From NCBI GenBank assembly GCA_002742885.1, contig PDOO01000026.1, positions 4,969 to 68,968 of the forward strand: a stretch of 64,000 nt of DNA, read 5' to 3'. Under the pieces are notes generated by a model. It was not told the DNA's origin. It did no database searches and saw only the letters and a program-made list of their open reading frames with translations. The stretch comes from Candidatus Cloacimonadota bacterium. Its GTDB lineage: Bacteria; Cloacimonadota; Cloacimonadia; Cloacimonadales; GCA-2742885. Shown here piece after piece: positions 10,601-20,503 of the stretch (the first letter of the stretch is position 1; each line of letters begins with the position of its first letter). The translations under genes and the position numbers were made by a program.

Positions 10601-10996
10601 CAGCTTTTCTTCAAAACCTATTTTTTTGCCGTCGGGAGAATAATAAAACAAGGCTTCGTGTTTTTGCCCCGGATTAAAATGTCTTACTTTCCAAAAATAA
10701 GGAAAAAAGTAATCGCTCTGCAATAATTTTTTATAAGAATCAACACCGCCTCCATCAAGTTCAATATAATTTTGTATCGAACCGGAATGTTCGAAAACGG
10801 CAACATCTTTATAATTGTCGGGTCCTATTCCCAGTTCGAATGCAATCTTTCGAGATTTATCCAGAGCCTCGATACGATCCATAGATATTTTTAAATCTAT
10901 GACCGGCATCACAACCCGAAAATTCTTCAACACAAAAATAACACTTAATATGAACATAAGTGAAAAAATCAGCCAAAACGATTTTTTTTGAAACAT
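7673..10996 (-). CDS. Large CPBP (Abi/CAAX) family intramembrane glutamic protease with an internal duplication
   Basis: CPBP motifs WEECLFR, FAAGH and IMHFTFD; many TM segments; two similar soluble domains. Confidence 0.8.
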   Translation of the reverse strand: MFQKKSFWLIFSLMFILSVIFVLKNFRVVMPVIDLKISMDRIEALDKSRKIAFELGIGPDNYKDVAVFEHSGSIQNYIELDGGGVDSYKKLLQSDYFFPYFWKVRHFNPGQKHEALFYYSPDGKKIGFEEKLSEDLLLPEISEEEALALAEKSFGEWNLKFSDYELIEKSKSISLSGRVDRFYTYEHKTRDFKEARFRQKVSVSGNKLTGFSQKTEIPESFFTRYKEMRSLNNLIAQFAQVGLAVLYGLGGILFGIFFLMKQNYILWKRGVIAAFIVALAGFAAGFNYMPVSWIYYRTELSESAFVIQMIMSNLVQFIVQFIYLSLTFIAAESLTRKAFPNHVRFWDVWGKKSGSTTHVLGNTLAGYMTSALSLVYILGFYFITKKYFHWWNPASIGTDPNTIATLFPWFSAIATALHAGFWEECLFRAVPIASAVLIGRKLGKEKLWLGIGLAVQALIFAAGHANYPAQPYYARLVELIIPSMYFAYLYMRHGLLTGIIMHFTFDAVLMSFPIWIVSGSKVLTWRIMFVAFLFIPLWIILIRRLQTGKWSQITEEEKNGTWIPEKSKENEPDTAVSDASYNIVTAKIISVAGIISFIILVFIIPYASDSDVLTVTGEEAILRAKDVLKAQGTELDDTWKTQSSVLNENTYQEKFIYNEFGANNYTALKNKFLPGTSRSVAFVKFSENAEERSEKYKFVIGNNGIVKSFNYHLPEKVGVQDYGKEVALEKAIMALEDFYHLKSSDLTEKEYIPRKLPGRIEHKFTFKDTVNFNLPKGELNYTVTVIGDKPFEIKKEVFAPENWKREFKAKTVLTELFVYAMGLFKFLLWIVGIIFAVIFFSKGKFNKRIFILSFFFLAAVNILSEILAAPETFSDFNTAVPLGRQIISSVAQLSLSIVFKSGFASLILGWFFAEKSSKRKNFGVITDMEAGLIMTNIFYLGLKFIPSTEPALTDISEFAGYMPVLEGILLSVSAYFSYLVPFAVAVKTVEYISDNWTKRINLTVFTVFLMSFFLCGNIMLKSPGINVYLIWTVLSLIFGIFSVFILKNYIRYSKYSVLMIVAVPVMLKIMLKGYYNLYPGAIVSSSASIIVISVIIYFIGKITWKEV

Positions 10997-11475
10997 TAAA
11001 TCCTCCTATATTCTCATAATTAAAATAATTTTTATTCATAAAAAGATGAATCGAGACTCATTTCAAAGCATTCGCCGGTTTGGCAAGATTTTTTTATAAA
11101 TCCCCTTAATCGGGTCATTGGGTATTCAGATCAAATTTTTAAAATTTTGCGTTTTCAATTTTCTTTGATTCCTTAATTCTTTATATCTTTCTTTAACAGA
11201 AAAATCATCTTTTGTATATAGAGTTTATAATATCTTCTAATTCCAGATTATTTCCATCCCTTATAAATCTATTATTTTTTTTATTCTAAGGACTGTAACA
11301 AAATCTAATCTTATATTTTAATATACATTATCTATGTGAAAATATTTATAAAATTTTTGGGTAAACTTATCTTCCCGTCATTTATGCAATTTTTATCGTT
11401 TATAAACATTTCAAAAAAGGTTGACAAAATCAGTATTCAGATAGACACAAACAAAAAACATAAAGGGAGAAAAAA

Positions 11476-11976
11476 ATGCAAAATCAACCGGAAGAAATAA
11501 GCAAATTACTGAAAAAGCAAAAAGCAACTGAGAAAAAATTAGATAAACTTTCCGAATCAGTTTCAAAAAACATCGAAGAATTAAAAAATCTGATTAAGGA
11601 AAATACCAAGACGAATCATGATTTAAGCATGAAAATACAATCAGGTAAAACGACTATTGACAATTACCTTGAAAACATCAAAAATAAATTGGATAATTTG
11701 GAAACAAAACTGAATAAAATGTTCAGAAGAAAACGTTTGTTAAAAAGAGTTAAAATCTTATTTAAGACTATATTCGGGATGTTATTTTTGGGAGCATCGG
11801 CTCTAGCTGTTTACAAGCTCAATTTAATTAAAAAAAATTTGTCGGCTCCTTTCAAAATAATTGAAGACAAACTTAAAAATCAAATTATCGTATTCAGAGA
11901 TACAGGATTGGATAAAACAAAAGAATATACGGATAAAATAAAAAAACTTGCCGAAAATAAACTGAAAAAACAATAA
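11476..11976 (+). CDS. Hypothetical coiled-coil protein with one hydrophobic segment
   Basis: GGGAGA RBS and upstream TTGACA; heptad-like K/E-rich N-terminus; TM-like IFGMLFLGASALAV. Confidence 0.65.
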   Translation: MQNQPEEISKLLKKQKATEKKLDKLSESVSKNIEELKNLIKENTKTNHDLSMKIQSGKTTIDNYLENIKNKLDNLETKLNKMFRRKRLLKRVKILFKTIFGMLFLGASALAVYKLNLIKKNLSAPFKIIEDKLKNQIIVFRDTGLDKTKEYTDKIKKLAENKLKKQ

Positions 11977-12036
11977 AAGCCTTTTTCGCCAGCCTGAATT
12001 ATTGAAGAGATAAAAAATATCAGAAAAATCGGCTAT

Positions 12037-13167
12037 TTATCGTCTCCCACGCCACGAGAAAAGATTAAGTTGTCCGGGGACAGCCACAGCAAGATAATAA
12101 AAAGGTCGAGTTATAAACCAACTCGGAAAGAATTTTATTCTTTCTTCAGGCACAGAAAATTTCTCAACTGTTTTTTTGACGAAATTATATTCTGATAAAG
12201 CTTTTACGGCAAGCAGACAAAGAGCGATTTTCCAATCAAAAAAAAGCATACTCCAGGATGAAAACTCCAAAATGAGAGCTGAGGCAAGATAAATGAAAAA
12301 CTCAGGATTAAGTCCTAATTGATATTTTGTGTTGGAAGCCCATCTGCTGCGCTGATTTATAAATTGAGGAAGTCCTTCAATCGGTTTGGTAACAACATAA
12401 TTGCGAGGAGAAAAATTAAACCTTATCTTCATGCCGGCTTTTCTGAATAATTGCATAAGATTAACATCGTCTCCCGATAAAATATGAGATATTTTGGAGA
12501 ATCCTCCGACTTTCATAAAAGCCGATTTTCTGTAAGCAATGTTTTGCCCGGAACAGGAAAAATATTTACCTTGAGCAATACCTCCGGCAGAACATCCGAA
12601 CATTATAACAAAATCCATAAACTCGAATTTTTGAGTAAAACTGCTTTTTGACCAATCCGATATATTTGTTTCGGAGAATCCTGCCGACATTTGAACATCT
12701 TCGGTAAAAGATGCAACTGCGGAAGCAATCCAATGCTCCTTGACCATGCAATCCGCATCAACCGAAAGAATAATTTCTCCTTTTGCCGCCTCTATTCCTT
12801 GTCCCAAGGCATTTTTTTTGGGAGAAACAGCTTTTTCTCTGTCTTTTACTTTTTGATATTTTACAAAAGAAAATTTCTCTGAAAAAAATTCGACAATATT
12901 TCGAGTATTATCCGTTGAATCATCATCAACAATAATCACTTCATAAAACTTTTCGGAATAAGACTGATTAACCAAAGTTGTCAATAAAGCGGTAATATTT
13001 CGTTCTTCGTTTCGTGCGGCAACCACTACGGAAACAAACGGTTTTTTATTGCTGACTGTTTGATTAACTGTTTTCAAACCCGAATAAAAAATAAACATGT
13101 AATAAAGGTAAATTGCAAAAGCAACTGTAATTATCGCAAACCAAATTATCATTTTATTCCATTCCAA
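12037..13167 (-). CDS. Membrane glycosyltransferase family 2
   Basis: VSVVVAARNEE, DDDSTD, DADC (DxD), SGDD, QRSRW (QxxRW). Confidence 0.9.
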   Translation of the reverse strand: MEWNKMIIWFAIITVAFAIYLYYMFIFYSGLKTVNQTVSNKKPFVSVVVAARNEERNITALLTTLVNQSYSEKFYEVIIVDDDSTDNTRNIVEFFSEKFSFVKYQKVKDREKAVSPKKNALGQGIEAAKGEIILSVDADCMVKEHWIASAVASFTEDVQMSAGFSETNISDWSKSSFTQKFEFMDFVIMFGCSAGGIAQGKYFSCSGQNIAYRKSAFMKVGGFSKISHILSGDDVNLMQLFRKAGMKIRFNFSPRNYVVTKPIEGLPQFINQRSRWASNTKYQLGLNPEFFIYLASALILEFSSWSMLFFDWKIALCLLAVKALSEYNFVKKTVEKFSVPEERIKFFPSWFITRPFYYLAVAVPGQLNLFSWRGRR

Positions 13168-15386
13168 TGTTTTCTGAGCGAATCAACGGAAATAACGGTT
13201 TTATCTTCCAAATTCACCATAAATGAATCAGCCCAAGCCGAATCTGCTGCCAAATTTTCCGGCAATGTTCCGCCCATATCAAAATATAAAGTATCGCCGT
13301 CCATAGGTTTGTATATGGTCGGAATAAAGTTGTAACGCAAAGTATCCATAAGAGGAGTAGGTTCCGTTCCGGCAATAAAATATTCGGTCAGGGTTTCATC
13401 AAGAACACTCTTCGGCAACAATCCGGTCTCTTTTGATATTTTTTCGGTAATGATGCCGGCAGGCATTTCAAAATCCAAATCATCGGAATTTATGACAGCT
13501 CGTCCTAATCTGTTCTTGGGAGCGTCTTTTTCCATAGCGTATTTCATTATTTTAGGCCACACCGGCAAAGCTGCCACAGCTCCCGATTGTCCCTTGCCCA
13601 GAGTCTTGTTTTCATCGAATCCGACCCAAACTCCAAGAACCATTTTTCTATTATAACCTATAAACCAAGCATCATTGAAATCATCGGTTGTTCCGGTTTT
13701 CCCTGCTCCAGGCCATTTATATCCTCGCCATTTAACCCCGGCTCCGGTTCCTTCTTCAATTACGGATTTCATAAGATTTGCCATCAAATAAGCAGTCTTA
13801 GGTTCCAAAACTTTTATTTTTTCGATTTCGGCAACTTCCAAAATATTCCCGTTTGCGTCTTCCACTCTTCTGATATAAACCGGATTAACTCTCTCGCCTC
13901 CTCCGGCAAAAGCGGTATAAGAAGAAATCAGCTCCCAAGGATAAACTTCGCAGGTGCCTGCGGCAAGAGAAAAAACAGGATAAATTTTAGTAGATAAGCC
14001 GAAACGTTTTGCCATTCTCACTGCTTTTACCGGACCGATGTCGGTAAGCATTTTAATGGCATAGATATTTCTGGAATATTTCAAAGCTTCTCTCATCCTG
14101 GTATAACCGGAAAACTTATAAGAATAATTATTGGGTTGCCAATAAACAGTATCAGATTCAACATAAATCAAAGGTTGATCTTCAATTACGGTTGCAGGAG
14201 TATAACCGCTTTCCAGAGCGGAAGAATAAATTAAAGGTTTAAAACTTGATCCCGGTTGCCTCTTTGCCCTGATTATTCTGTTCCACTTGCTGTGATTAAA
14301 ATTACGTCCCCCGATCATTAGCGGAACATAACCTGTTTCCGGATCGACGGCAAAAACAGCTCCCTGCACATATTCGGTCTTAAAGTCGGATGTATCTTGA
14401 GGAAAATGAGAATATTGCACTTCATAATTATTTTTTTCTTCAAATTTTGTCAGATGTCTGTTCAAAACAGAGTCAGCATATTGTTGCAAATCCATGTCAA
14501 TGGTTGTATAAATTTTCATTCCTCCGGCAAATAATTGCTTTGTTCCGTATTTTTTCTCCAAAATGATTCTTACATGTTCGGTAAAATAGTCGGCAGCCTT
14601 GTAATTGGTTTTATCTTTATACAACACCAGAGGCGTTTGGACAGCTTCTTCGTATTCTTCTTTTGTAATAACTTCTTCGGCAAGCATTCTGGAAAGAACG
14701 ATATTGCGACGTTTAACGGAACGCTCCGGATGGCGAATCGGATAATAAGCTCCCGGAAGCTGAGTAATTCCGACAATAAGAGCTCCTTCGGGTAAAGTTA
14801 AATCTTTGGCATCTTTGCCGAAATATCTTTGAGAAGCAGCTTGAATTCCGTAAATTCCGATGCCGAAAAGAACTTTATTGAAATACATTTCCAAAATTTC
14901 TTCTTTGGAATAATGCTGTTCTATTCTTATGGCAAGCACCAACTCCTTTATTTTGCGAGCAATTTTTTTATCCGTGGTCAAAAACATGTTTCTTGCCAAT
15001 TGTTGAGTAATGGTACTGGCGCCCTGACTGAAACTTAAATTTTTTATATTGCTTGCAAATGCTCTGAGAAAACCGGTTTGATCCAATCCCCAATGATCAA
15101 AAAAACGAACATCTTCGGTTGCCAGCAAAGCGGAAATCACATAAGGAGGCAACTCCTTTACTTTGATTAAGTTGCGTTTTTCAAAAGCAAAAGTATGAAT
15201 TAAATTGTCGTTTATGTCATAAACTTCAGATCCGGCGCTCATATCGTAATGTTGCAATTCGCTCAGAGGCGGAAGTTCGTCTTCATAATAATACATCAGT
15301 CCCAAACCTGCCGAAATGCAGAAAAGCAGGCAGGCAAAAAGCCATAGGAATATTTTTAATGTTAATCGTGTCATATATTCTCGCAA
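13149..15386 (-). CDS. Class A penicillin-binding protein (PBP1A family)
   Basis: Transglycosylase motifs EDVRF, QGASTITQQL, RKIKE; transpeptidase motifs SSFK, SRN, KTG. Confidence 0.95.
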   Translation of the reverse strand: MREYMTRLTLKIFLWLFACLLFCISAGLGLMYYYEDELPPLSELQHYDMSAGSEVYDINDNLIHTFAFEKRNLIKVKELPPYVISALLATEDVRFFDHWGLDQTGFLRAFASNIKNLSFSQGASTITQQLARNMFLTTDKKIARKIKELVLAIRIEQHYSKEEILEMYFNKVLFGIGIYGIQAASQRYFGKDAKDLTLPEGALIVGITQLPGAYYPIRHPERSVKRRNIVLSRMLAEEVITKEEYEEAVQTPLVLYKDKTNYKAADYFTEHVRIILEKKYGTKQLFAGGMKIYTTIDMDLQQYADSVLNRHLTKFEEKNNYEVQYSHFPQDTSDFKTEYVQGAVFAVDPETGYVPLMIGGRNFNHSKWNRIIRAKRQPGSSFKPLIYSSALESGYTPATVIEDQPLIYVESDTVYWQPNNYSYKFSGYTRMREALKYSRNIYAIKMLTDIGPVKAVRMAKRFGLSTKIYPVFSLAAGTCEVYPWELISSYTAFAGGGERVNPVYIRRVEDANGNILEVAEIEKIKVLEPKTAYLMANLMKSVIEEGTGAGVKWRGYKWPGAGKTGTTDDFNDAWFIGYNRKMVLGVWVGFDENKTLGKGQSGAVAALPVWPKIMKYAMEKDAPKNRLGRAVINSDDLDFEMPAGIITEKISKETGLLPKSVLDETLTEYFIAGTEPTPLMDTLRYNFIPTIYKPMDGDTLYFDMGGTLPENLAADSAWADSFMVNLEDKTVISVDSLRKHWNGIK

Positions 15387-15459
15387 TTTTATTTTTACGG
15401 GTTAAAATCAGATAACGAATAATTTCATCGTAATTTTTATCGCAAGGATGTTTTGAAAT

Positions 15460-15972
15460 TCAAGCTGTTTGAAGCAAGCTTTTTTTTATATAAGGGAAAA
15501 ACAGCAGGGTAATATATCCCGTAACAGTCCCGGTAACCAGACCGAGTAAAATAAGATACGGAGTCAAATAAAAGATTTTATCGGTTTTGAGGATGAAATA
15601 ATTCATAATAAAAAGTTGAGTTAAAAGATGCGTTACAGATCCGGCAATGCTTATGCCGACGGTACTGAAATTTATATTCATCTTTCTGAAAATCAGCATT
15701 ATCGAAATACTCGCCAAAGAACCGAAAATCGACAAAATAAAAGTCGGGGAAAAAATTAAACCCAGCAACGAAGCTCCGATAAGAGATTTGCAGATTGAAA
15801 CTAAGTAAACTTCCTTGTAAAAATTCAACTTTATCAACGACAAAAGAAGCACGTTTGCCAAACCGATTTTCAAAAAAGGCAAAGGTTTGGGAATAAAACT
15901 TTCCAAGCAAAAAACAGAAACAGCCAAAGCTGTTATAAAGGATAATTGATTAAGCCTTATTTTTAATTTCAT
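15460..15972 (-). CDS. Gx transporter family protein (heptaprenyl diphosphate synthase component I-like)
   Basis: ESFIPKPLPFLKIGLAN and GISIAGSVTH..TQL motifs; hydrophobic. Confidence 0.8.
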   Translation of the reverse strand: MKLKIRLNQLSFITALAVSVFCLESFIPKPLPFLKIGLANVLLLSLIKLNFYKEVYLVSICKSLIGASLLGLIFSPTFILSIFGSLASISIMLIFRKMNINFSTVGISIAGSVTHLLTQLFIMNYFILKTDKIFYLTPYLILLGLVTGTVTGYITLLFFPYIKKSLLQTA

Positions 15973-16030
15973 TTTTTCTCTCTTGCGGACATAAAAAAAT
16001 TTCGTTCTGAAAATGATTTATTCCCAAAAT

Positions 16031-16054
16031 AAAAAAAAGCCGAACAAGTCGGCT
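16031..16054 (-). terminator. Intrinsic terminator after tRNA-Leu
   Basis: Minus strand AGCCGA-CTTGT-TCGGCT plus a T-tract. Confidence 0.7.
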
Positions 16055-16061
16055 AAAAATA

Positions 16062-16149
16062 TGGTGCTGAAGAAGGGAGTCGAACCCTTAAGAGCATATT
16101 GCTCACCAGACCCTGAACCTGGCGTGTTTACCAATTTCACCACTTCAGC
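16062..16149 (-). tRNA. tRNA-Leu (anticodon CAG)
   Basis: GCTGAAG/CTTCAGC acceptor stem, anticodon arm CCAGG-TTCAGGG-TCTGG, long variable arm, GGTTCGACTCC T-arm, encoded CCA. Confidence 0.95.
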
Positions 16150-16221
16150 AACAGGAAAGCAAAATGTTTTTCACCGCTTTTTGAGTCAAGAAAAAACATT
16201 TCTTTTCCTTATTTAATTCTT

Positions 16222-17016
16222 TTATCGATAACTCTTCTTAACTTTTTCGGTTAAGTTAAAGATTTTATTAATTTCATCTTCGCTGAAAAGATTATCTTTA
16301 GAGGAAAGAATAATTTTTTGTAAATTTTTATATTCTTCAATCGAAATTTGGTAATAAGGAGCTGATTTCACATCCGGGTTTTGAATTTTTCCCAAGTTGA
16401 TGATAAGCTGATCCAAGATACCTTTTTGTCCGATAATCTGAGTTCTTTTGCGTTTGTAAGAATCTTTAAGCAAGAAAGTAACTCTGTTAAGACCTTCGTT
16501 CCATCCTCCGAGCTGCAAAAGAGTAAAGACATCGTACTCTCCGCTGATATAAAGAGAACTTTCAACTTCTCCTTTATAATGATCAAGTCTTGCTTCCAAT
16601 TCGTTCCATTTGTCTTCTTTAATCAAATTTTGCAAATCATCGGTAAGCTTCAAAATATCTTCGCTGATACCGATAAATTTTGAATAATCGATCATTTCTT
16701 TGGCAATCATCTGTAATTTTGTTTTATTTCTGCTTTTGGTTGCCAAAATGGCATCAGCCGTCAATGAACCCAGCTGGAAAGCTGATTTAAATACATCGCT
16801 TTCAACTTTCGGGAACTTTTCAGGAACTGCTTTGTCAAAATCTTTTATGCCCAAAAAATCCAATTTTGAGAACATAGCCGAAAACTCGGGAAGATGAGCT
16901 GAATAGAAGGTTATATCCTTGTTTTTAGCAGGCTTAGCTTTTTCAGATTTTTTTTCTCCTGAATTGCAGGCAAACAAAACCAGTGAAAGCAGAGCGATAA
17001 TAAGAATTTTTTTCAT
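16222..17016 (-). CDS. Hypothetical helical lipoprotein
   Basis: Lipobox LFAC after the signal peptide; GGGG RBS; lies directly downstream of the ABC fusion gene. Confidence 0.8.
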   Translation of the reverse strand: MKKILIIALLSLVLFACNSGEKKSEKAKPAKNKDITFYSAHLPEFSAMFSKLDFLGIKDFDKAVPEKFPKVESDVFKSAFQLGSLTADAILATKSRNKTKLQMIAKEMIDYSKFIGISEDILKLTDDLQNLIKEDKWNELEARLDHYKGEVESSLYISGEYDVFTLLQLGGWNEGLNRVTFLLKDSYKRKRTQIIGQKGILDQLIINLGKIQNPDVKSAPYYQISIEEYKNLQKIILSSKDNLFSEDEINKIFNLTEKVKKSYR

Positions 17017-17082
17017 AATTCCCCCAATATATTTTATTTTTTTGTTTTTATATCATAATCGGCAATTGCCTGAATAGCAATT

Positions 17083-20000
17083 TTACTGTTTTTCTTTATA
17101 GAAATATTTAAGTTTTACGACAGTAACCGCTTGGATAACGGAGACATAAAAAAGAATAACAAAAATATTGAAAAAAGGCGTTCTGTACCTTCTTCCGAAA
17201 AAATTCTTGTACCCCGCCAGAAATACATTTGTATCGGTATTCAAAAATTTTCCGTCCATGAGGTTAACTGCCGAACTGTTCAGCAGATTAGTATATTCCT
17301 TCTTCGGATACTTATCGGCAATTTCTTTTTTCTCTCTGTATATCTTATTCAAAATTCCGTAATATTCCGCATTATTTAACTTCCCATTTCTGAAATTATC
17401 CGCCGTCGTCAATCTTTTTTTCTCCAAACGAGTCAAAGAATACTCGTAAGCGTTGAACTTTGCGTAAGCCGTAAAGATTCCTTCAAACAGCCAACGGGAA
17501 GGAATAAACTGAACAACTTCCGGAATAGGACTTTTGTCGATAATCTTTAAATCATGGTTCATTTTTTCAAATTCAATTAAAGCTCCGCCGAAAATAATTT
17601 GCGGAATCATAAGAAGCGGAAGATAATTTATAACCGCCTTGCTGTTATCTATAAAACAGGAAATAAGCAGACCTATCGAATAACCGGTAACCGTCGATAA
17701 AAACAGATAAATTATGCTGAAAATAAAATTACCTTTTATTTCAAGAAGCAGCGAAGCCGTCGTGTAATAAAGAATTACCTGAATAAGAGAAAATATTCCG
17801 AGCGTAATAAGTTTTGCCGAAAAATAATAGCTCACTTTCAGGTTAAGCATCTTTTCTCGCAAAATATTGCGCCTCTCGCTCAAAATATCTTCGATACTGT
17901 TCGACATTCCCAAAAAGAGAAAAACTATGATGGAAATAAAACAAAAAACACCGATATTTATGTTGTTGTAATAAGTATAACGTCCTTCGTTCGGAGCAAG
18001 TCTCAGAATAAACGAAATCAACAATGCCAAAAACGGAGCCTGAGCGAAAGTGATAAACATATTAACTTTATTGCGAATTTTATTCATCATGTTTCTGATA
18101 AAAAAGGTCTTAAATTGAGTCCAATGCGTCTGAATGTCTGCTTTGCGCTTTTTCCTGGTTGCCGGTATATTTTTTCTGATTGTTTTTTCATCTTCGGCAT
18201 GGAAGAGATCAAAAAGCATTTTACGTTTAAATTTATCTCTCCAATAAACGGGCGGAAACTTTCTTTTAACGACAAGATTTTGATCCGATTGAGTATAAGT
18301 AACTTCTCCTTTCTCGTTGTATTGAGGATAACTGATAATGTCAAACATGTATTCCGGCATGCGCAATTCTTTTTTTCGTAAAATTTCTTTTTTCTTTTTG
18401 GTAATTCTCGAAAATTCTATGTCAAAATAATCAAATGCTTCATTATAAGTACCGAAATAAACCTGATAACCGCCTCTGTCCATAAGCAAAATACGATCAA
18501 ACTTACTGAAAATTTCAGGATTAGGCTGGTGGATGGTTAAAATAATGATTTTACCTTGATTGCTCAAATCTTTCAGCATATAAATAATATGTTCCGAATC
18601 AGCGGAAGAAAGTCCGGAGGTCGGTTCATCGCAAATAATTACCGTAGGTTCAAACAACAATTCCATGGCGATGTTTAAACGTTTGCGTTCGCCTCCGCTC
18701 AAAAATTTATTTTTAACGTCTCCTACCTGAGAATTCTTTCTGTGCAACAGGTTTGTCTGGGTAAGAATATTGGTTATTTTTTGATCAAGATGCGTTTTGG
18801 AAATTTTCGGCATGCTTAATCTGCTGCGATAAAGAAGATTTTCGTAAACCGTCAAATTCGGAAAAATCAAATCTTCCTGCGGAACATACCCGATGTATTT
18901 GGTAAAAAAAGACAGGTTTTGGAAAAAATTTTTATCATCTATTTTAATGGTTCCGTAAGTAGGTATTATTTCAGAACATAAGCATTTAAGCAAAGTTGAT
19001 TTCCCGCATCCGCTTTGTCCCAAAACAGCAATCATTTCTCCTTTGTAAGCTTCCAGAGAAACTCCGTCCAATCCGACTTTTCCGTCATTAAAAAGATGCC
19101 TGATATCCTGAATGGAAATTTTTTCCACCTCAAAAGGAATCTCTACCAAATCATGAAAACTGTTTATCCTGAAATTCATCCTGTTGATGGTAAGAGTATC
19201 GGTATTGATATTAAATCTTTGAGGAGTTTCTATTTTTTGATTGTTAAGATAAAAATCCCAACCTCTTTTAGGAGGATTTATAATAAAATTATCGTCTTGG
19301 CTTACAATATGACCGATACTTTTAGGCGTTTCAAACTTGGTAATCGTAAAATAATCATTTTCGTAACAAATAAACAGTTCTTTCGGACGTATATTTTCTG
19401 TTCCGATTTCGTTGCGCCTTTGGATTACTTCCAAAATATTGAACGCTTCATAGTCCTTTATTTGAAGTTTATCGTCAAAATAAAGCGGAATTTCTTTATA
19501 ATGAGGCAACAATTTGTCGTTTCGGTAAACAGTTCCGCGAGAAATAACGATAAAGTAGCGATTCTTGTTGTTTATTATTTTAAAATCGTGATCTGATTTG
19601 GTAAAATCTATAACGTCTCTAATATTTTGATTTTTATATATCTTAAAAAGATCTTTTTCCGTAAACTCCAAGTTCCCGATTTTTAACTTTTCTCCTCCCG
19701 GAAAAGTATAAAGACGATTCGGCTTGAGCAAGGTATCCCCTATTCCGGATTGACACCGCGGACTTGTTCCGACAAAAAGATGATCCGTAATCGCCAAAAC
19801 CAACAACTCATGACCGGCAACGTTTTTCCCGGCAAATTTAACATCACAATCATCGCTTGATCCCAGCAAGATATAATCTTTGAAAATTGACTTGTTGGAA
19901 TGAGCAAAATAATTGAAACCTTTAACGTAAACAGGTTCTTTCTTGTCATACTCTATGGCATCGATTACAGACATAAAGCCTTCGGTTTCAACATTCAGTT

Positions 20001-20367
20001 TTTTGGATAAATCCAAGATTTTAGCCACTTCCGAAGTTGAAAAATCGGCATCTGAATTAGCCATCACGATTACGCTCAACAAAATTCTTATCTTGTCCAA
20101 AGTAATCAAATGCTTGTTCAAATAAGATAAAACATCTTCTATTTTTCGTTTATTCTGAGTTAATTTTCGGATATGCTGTTCCCAGGAAATACCCTCGTCG
20201 TGAAAAAGATTTTCCAGCAAAGAGTAAAAAATATTAACTTCGCTCAAGTTGATATTTTCACCTGTCTTGAACAATAAAACATAGAGGCTTGTTATTGTTT
20301 CTATTATTTCGGATCTGCGACTTTCGTTTATTTTGCAGGGGAATATTTTATCTTTTCTCGGAGACAT
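17083..20367 (-). CDS. Fused ABC transporter: TerB-like and FHA-like N-terminal region, NBD, ABC-2 (ABCG-type) permease
   Basis: GQSGCGKST, LSGGERKR, CDEPTSGL, TIHQP; C-terminal TM bundle with PQIIFGG; TerB-like ANSDADFSTSE. Confidence 0.85.
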   Translation of the reverse strand: MSPRKDKIFPCKINESRRSEIIETITSLYVLLFKTGENINLSEVNIFYSLLENLFHDEGISWEQHIRKLTQNKRKIEDVLSYLNKHLITLDKIRILLSVIVMANSDADFSTSEVAKILDLSKKLNVETEGFMSVIDAIEYDKKEPVYVKGFNYFAHSNKSIFKDYILLGSSDDCDVKFAGKNVAGHELLVLAITDHLFVGTSPRCQSGIGDTLLKPNRLYTFPGGEKLKIGNLEFTEKDLFKIYKNQNIRDVIDFTKSDHDFKIINNKNRYFIVISRGTVYRNDKLLPHYKEIPLYFDDKLQIKDYEAFNILEVIQRRNEIGTENIRPKELFICYENDYFTITKFETPKSIGHIVSQDDNFIINPPKRGWDFYLNNQKIETPQRFNINTDTLTINRMNFRINSFHDLVEIPFEVEKISIQDIRHLFNDGKVGLDGVSLEAYKGEMIAVLGQSGCGKSTLLKCLCSEIIPTYGTIKIDDKNFFQNLSFFTKYIGYVPQEDLIFPNLTVYENLLYRSRLSMPKISKTHLDQKITNILTQTNLLHRKNSQVGDVKNKFLSGGERKRLNIAMELLFEPTVIICDEPTSGLSSADSEHIIYMLKDLSNQGKIIILTIHQPNPEIFSKFDRILLMDRGGYQVYFGTYNEAFDYFDIEFSRITKKKKEILRKKELRMPEYMFDIISYPQYNEKGEVTYTQSDQNLVVKRKFPPVYWRDKFKRKMLFDLFHAEDEKTIRKNIPATRKKRKADIQTHWTQFKTFFIRNMMNKIRNKVNMFITFAQAPFLALLISFILRLAPNEGRYTYYNNINIGVFCFISIIVFLFLGMSNSIEDILSERRNILREKMLNLKVSYYFSAKLITLGIFSLIQVILYYTTASLLLEIKGNFIFSIIYLFLSTVTGYSIGLLISCFIDNSKAVINYLPLLMIPQIIFGGALIEFEKMNHDLKIIDKSPIPEVVQFIPSRWLFEGIFTAYAKFNAYEYSLTRLEKKRLTTADNFRNGKLNNAEYYGILNKIYREKKEIADKYPKKEYTNLLNSSAVNLMDGKFLNTDTNVFLAGYKNFFGRRYRTPFFNIFVILFYVSVIQAVTVVKLKYFYKEKQ

Positions 20368-20503
20368 TGCATTTTACCTTTAATAATATTTATTCGAATC
20401 AATATCGTAAATTAAATCGTGTTAAAATTCCTTTTATGCAAAATTTTATCTAAATTCAATTTGTCAAATTATTATCTCGAATTTGCCGGCAATAAAATTA
20501 AAT

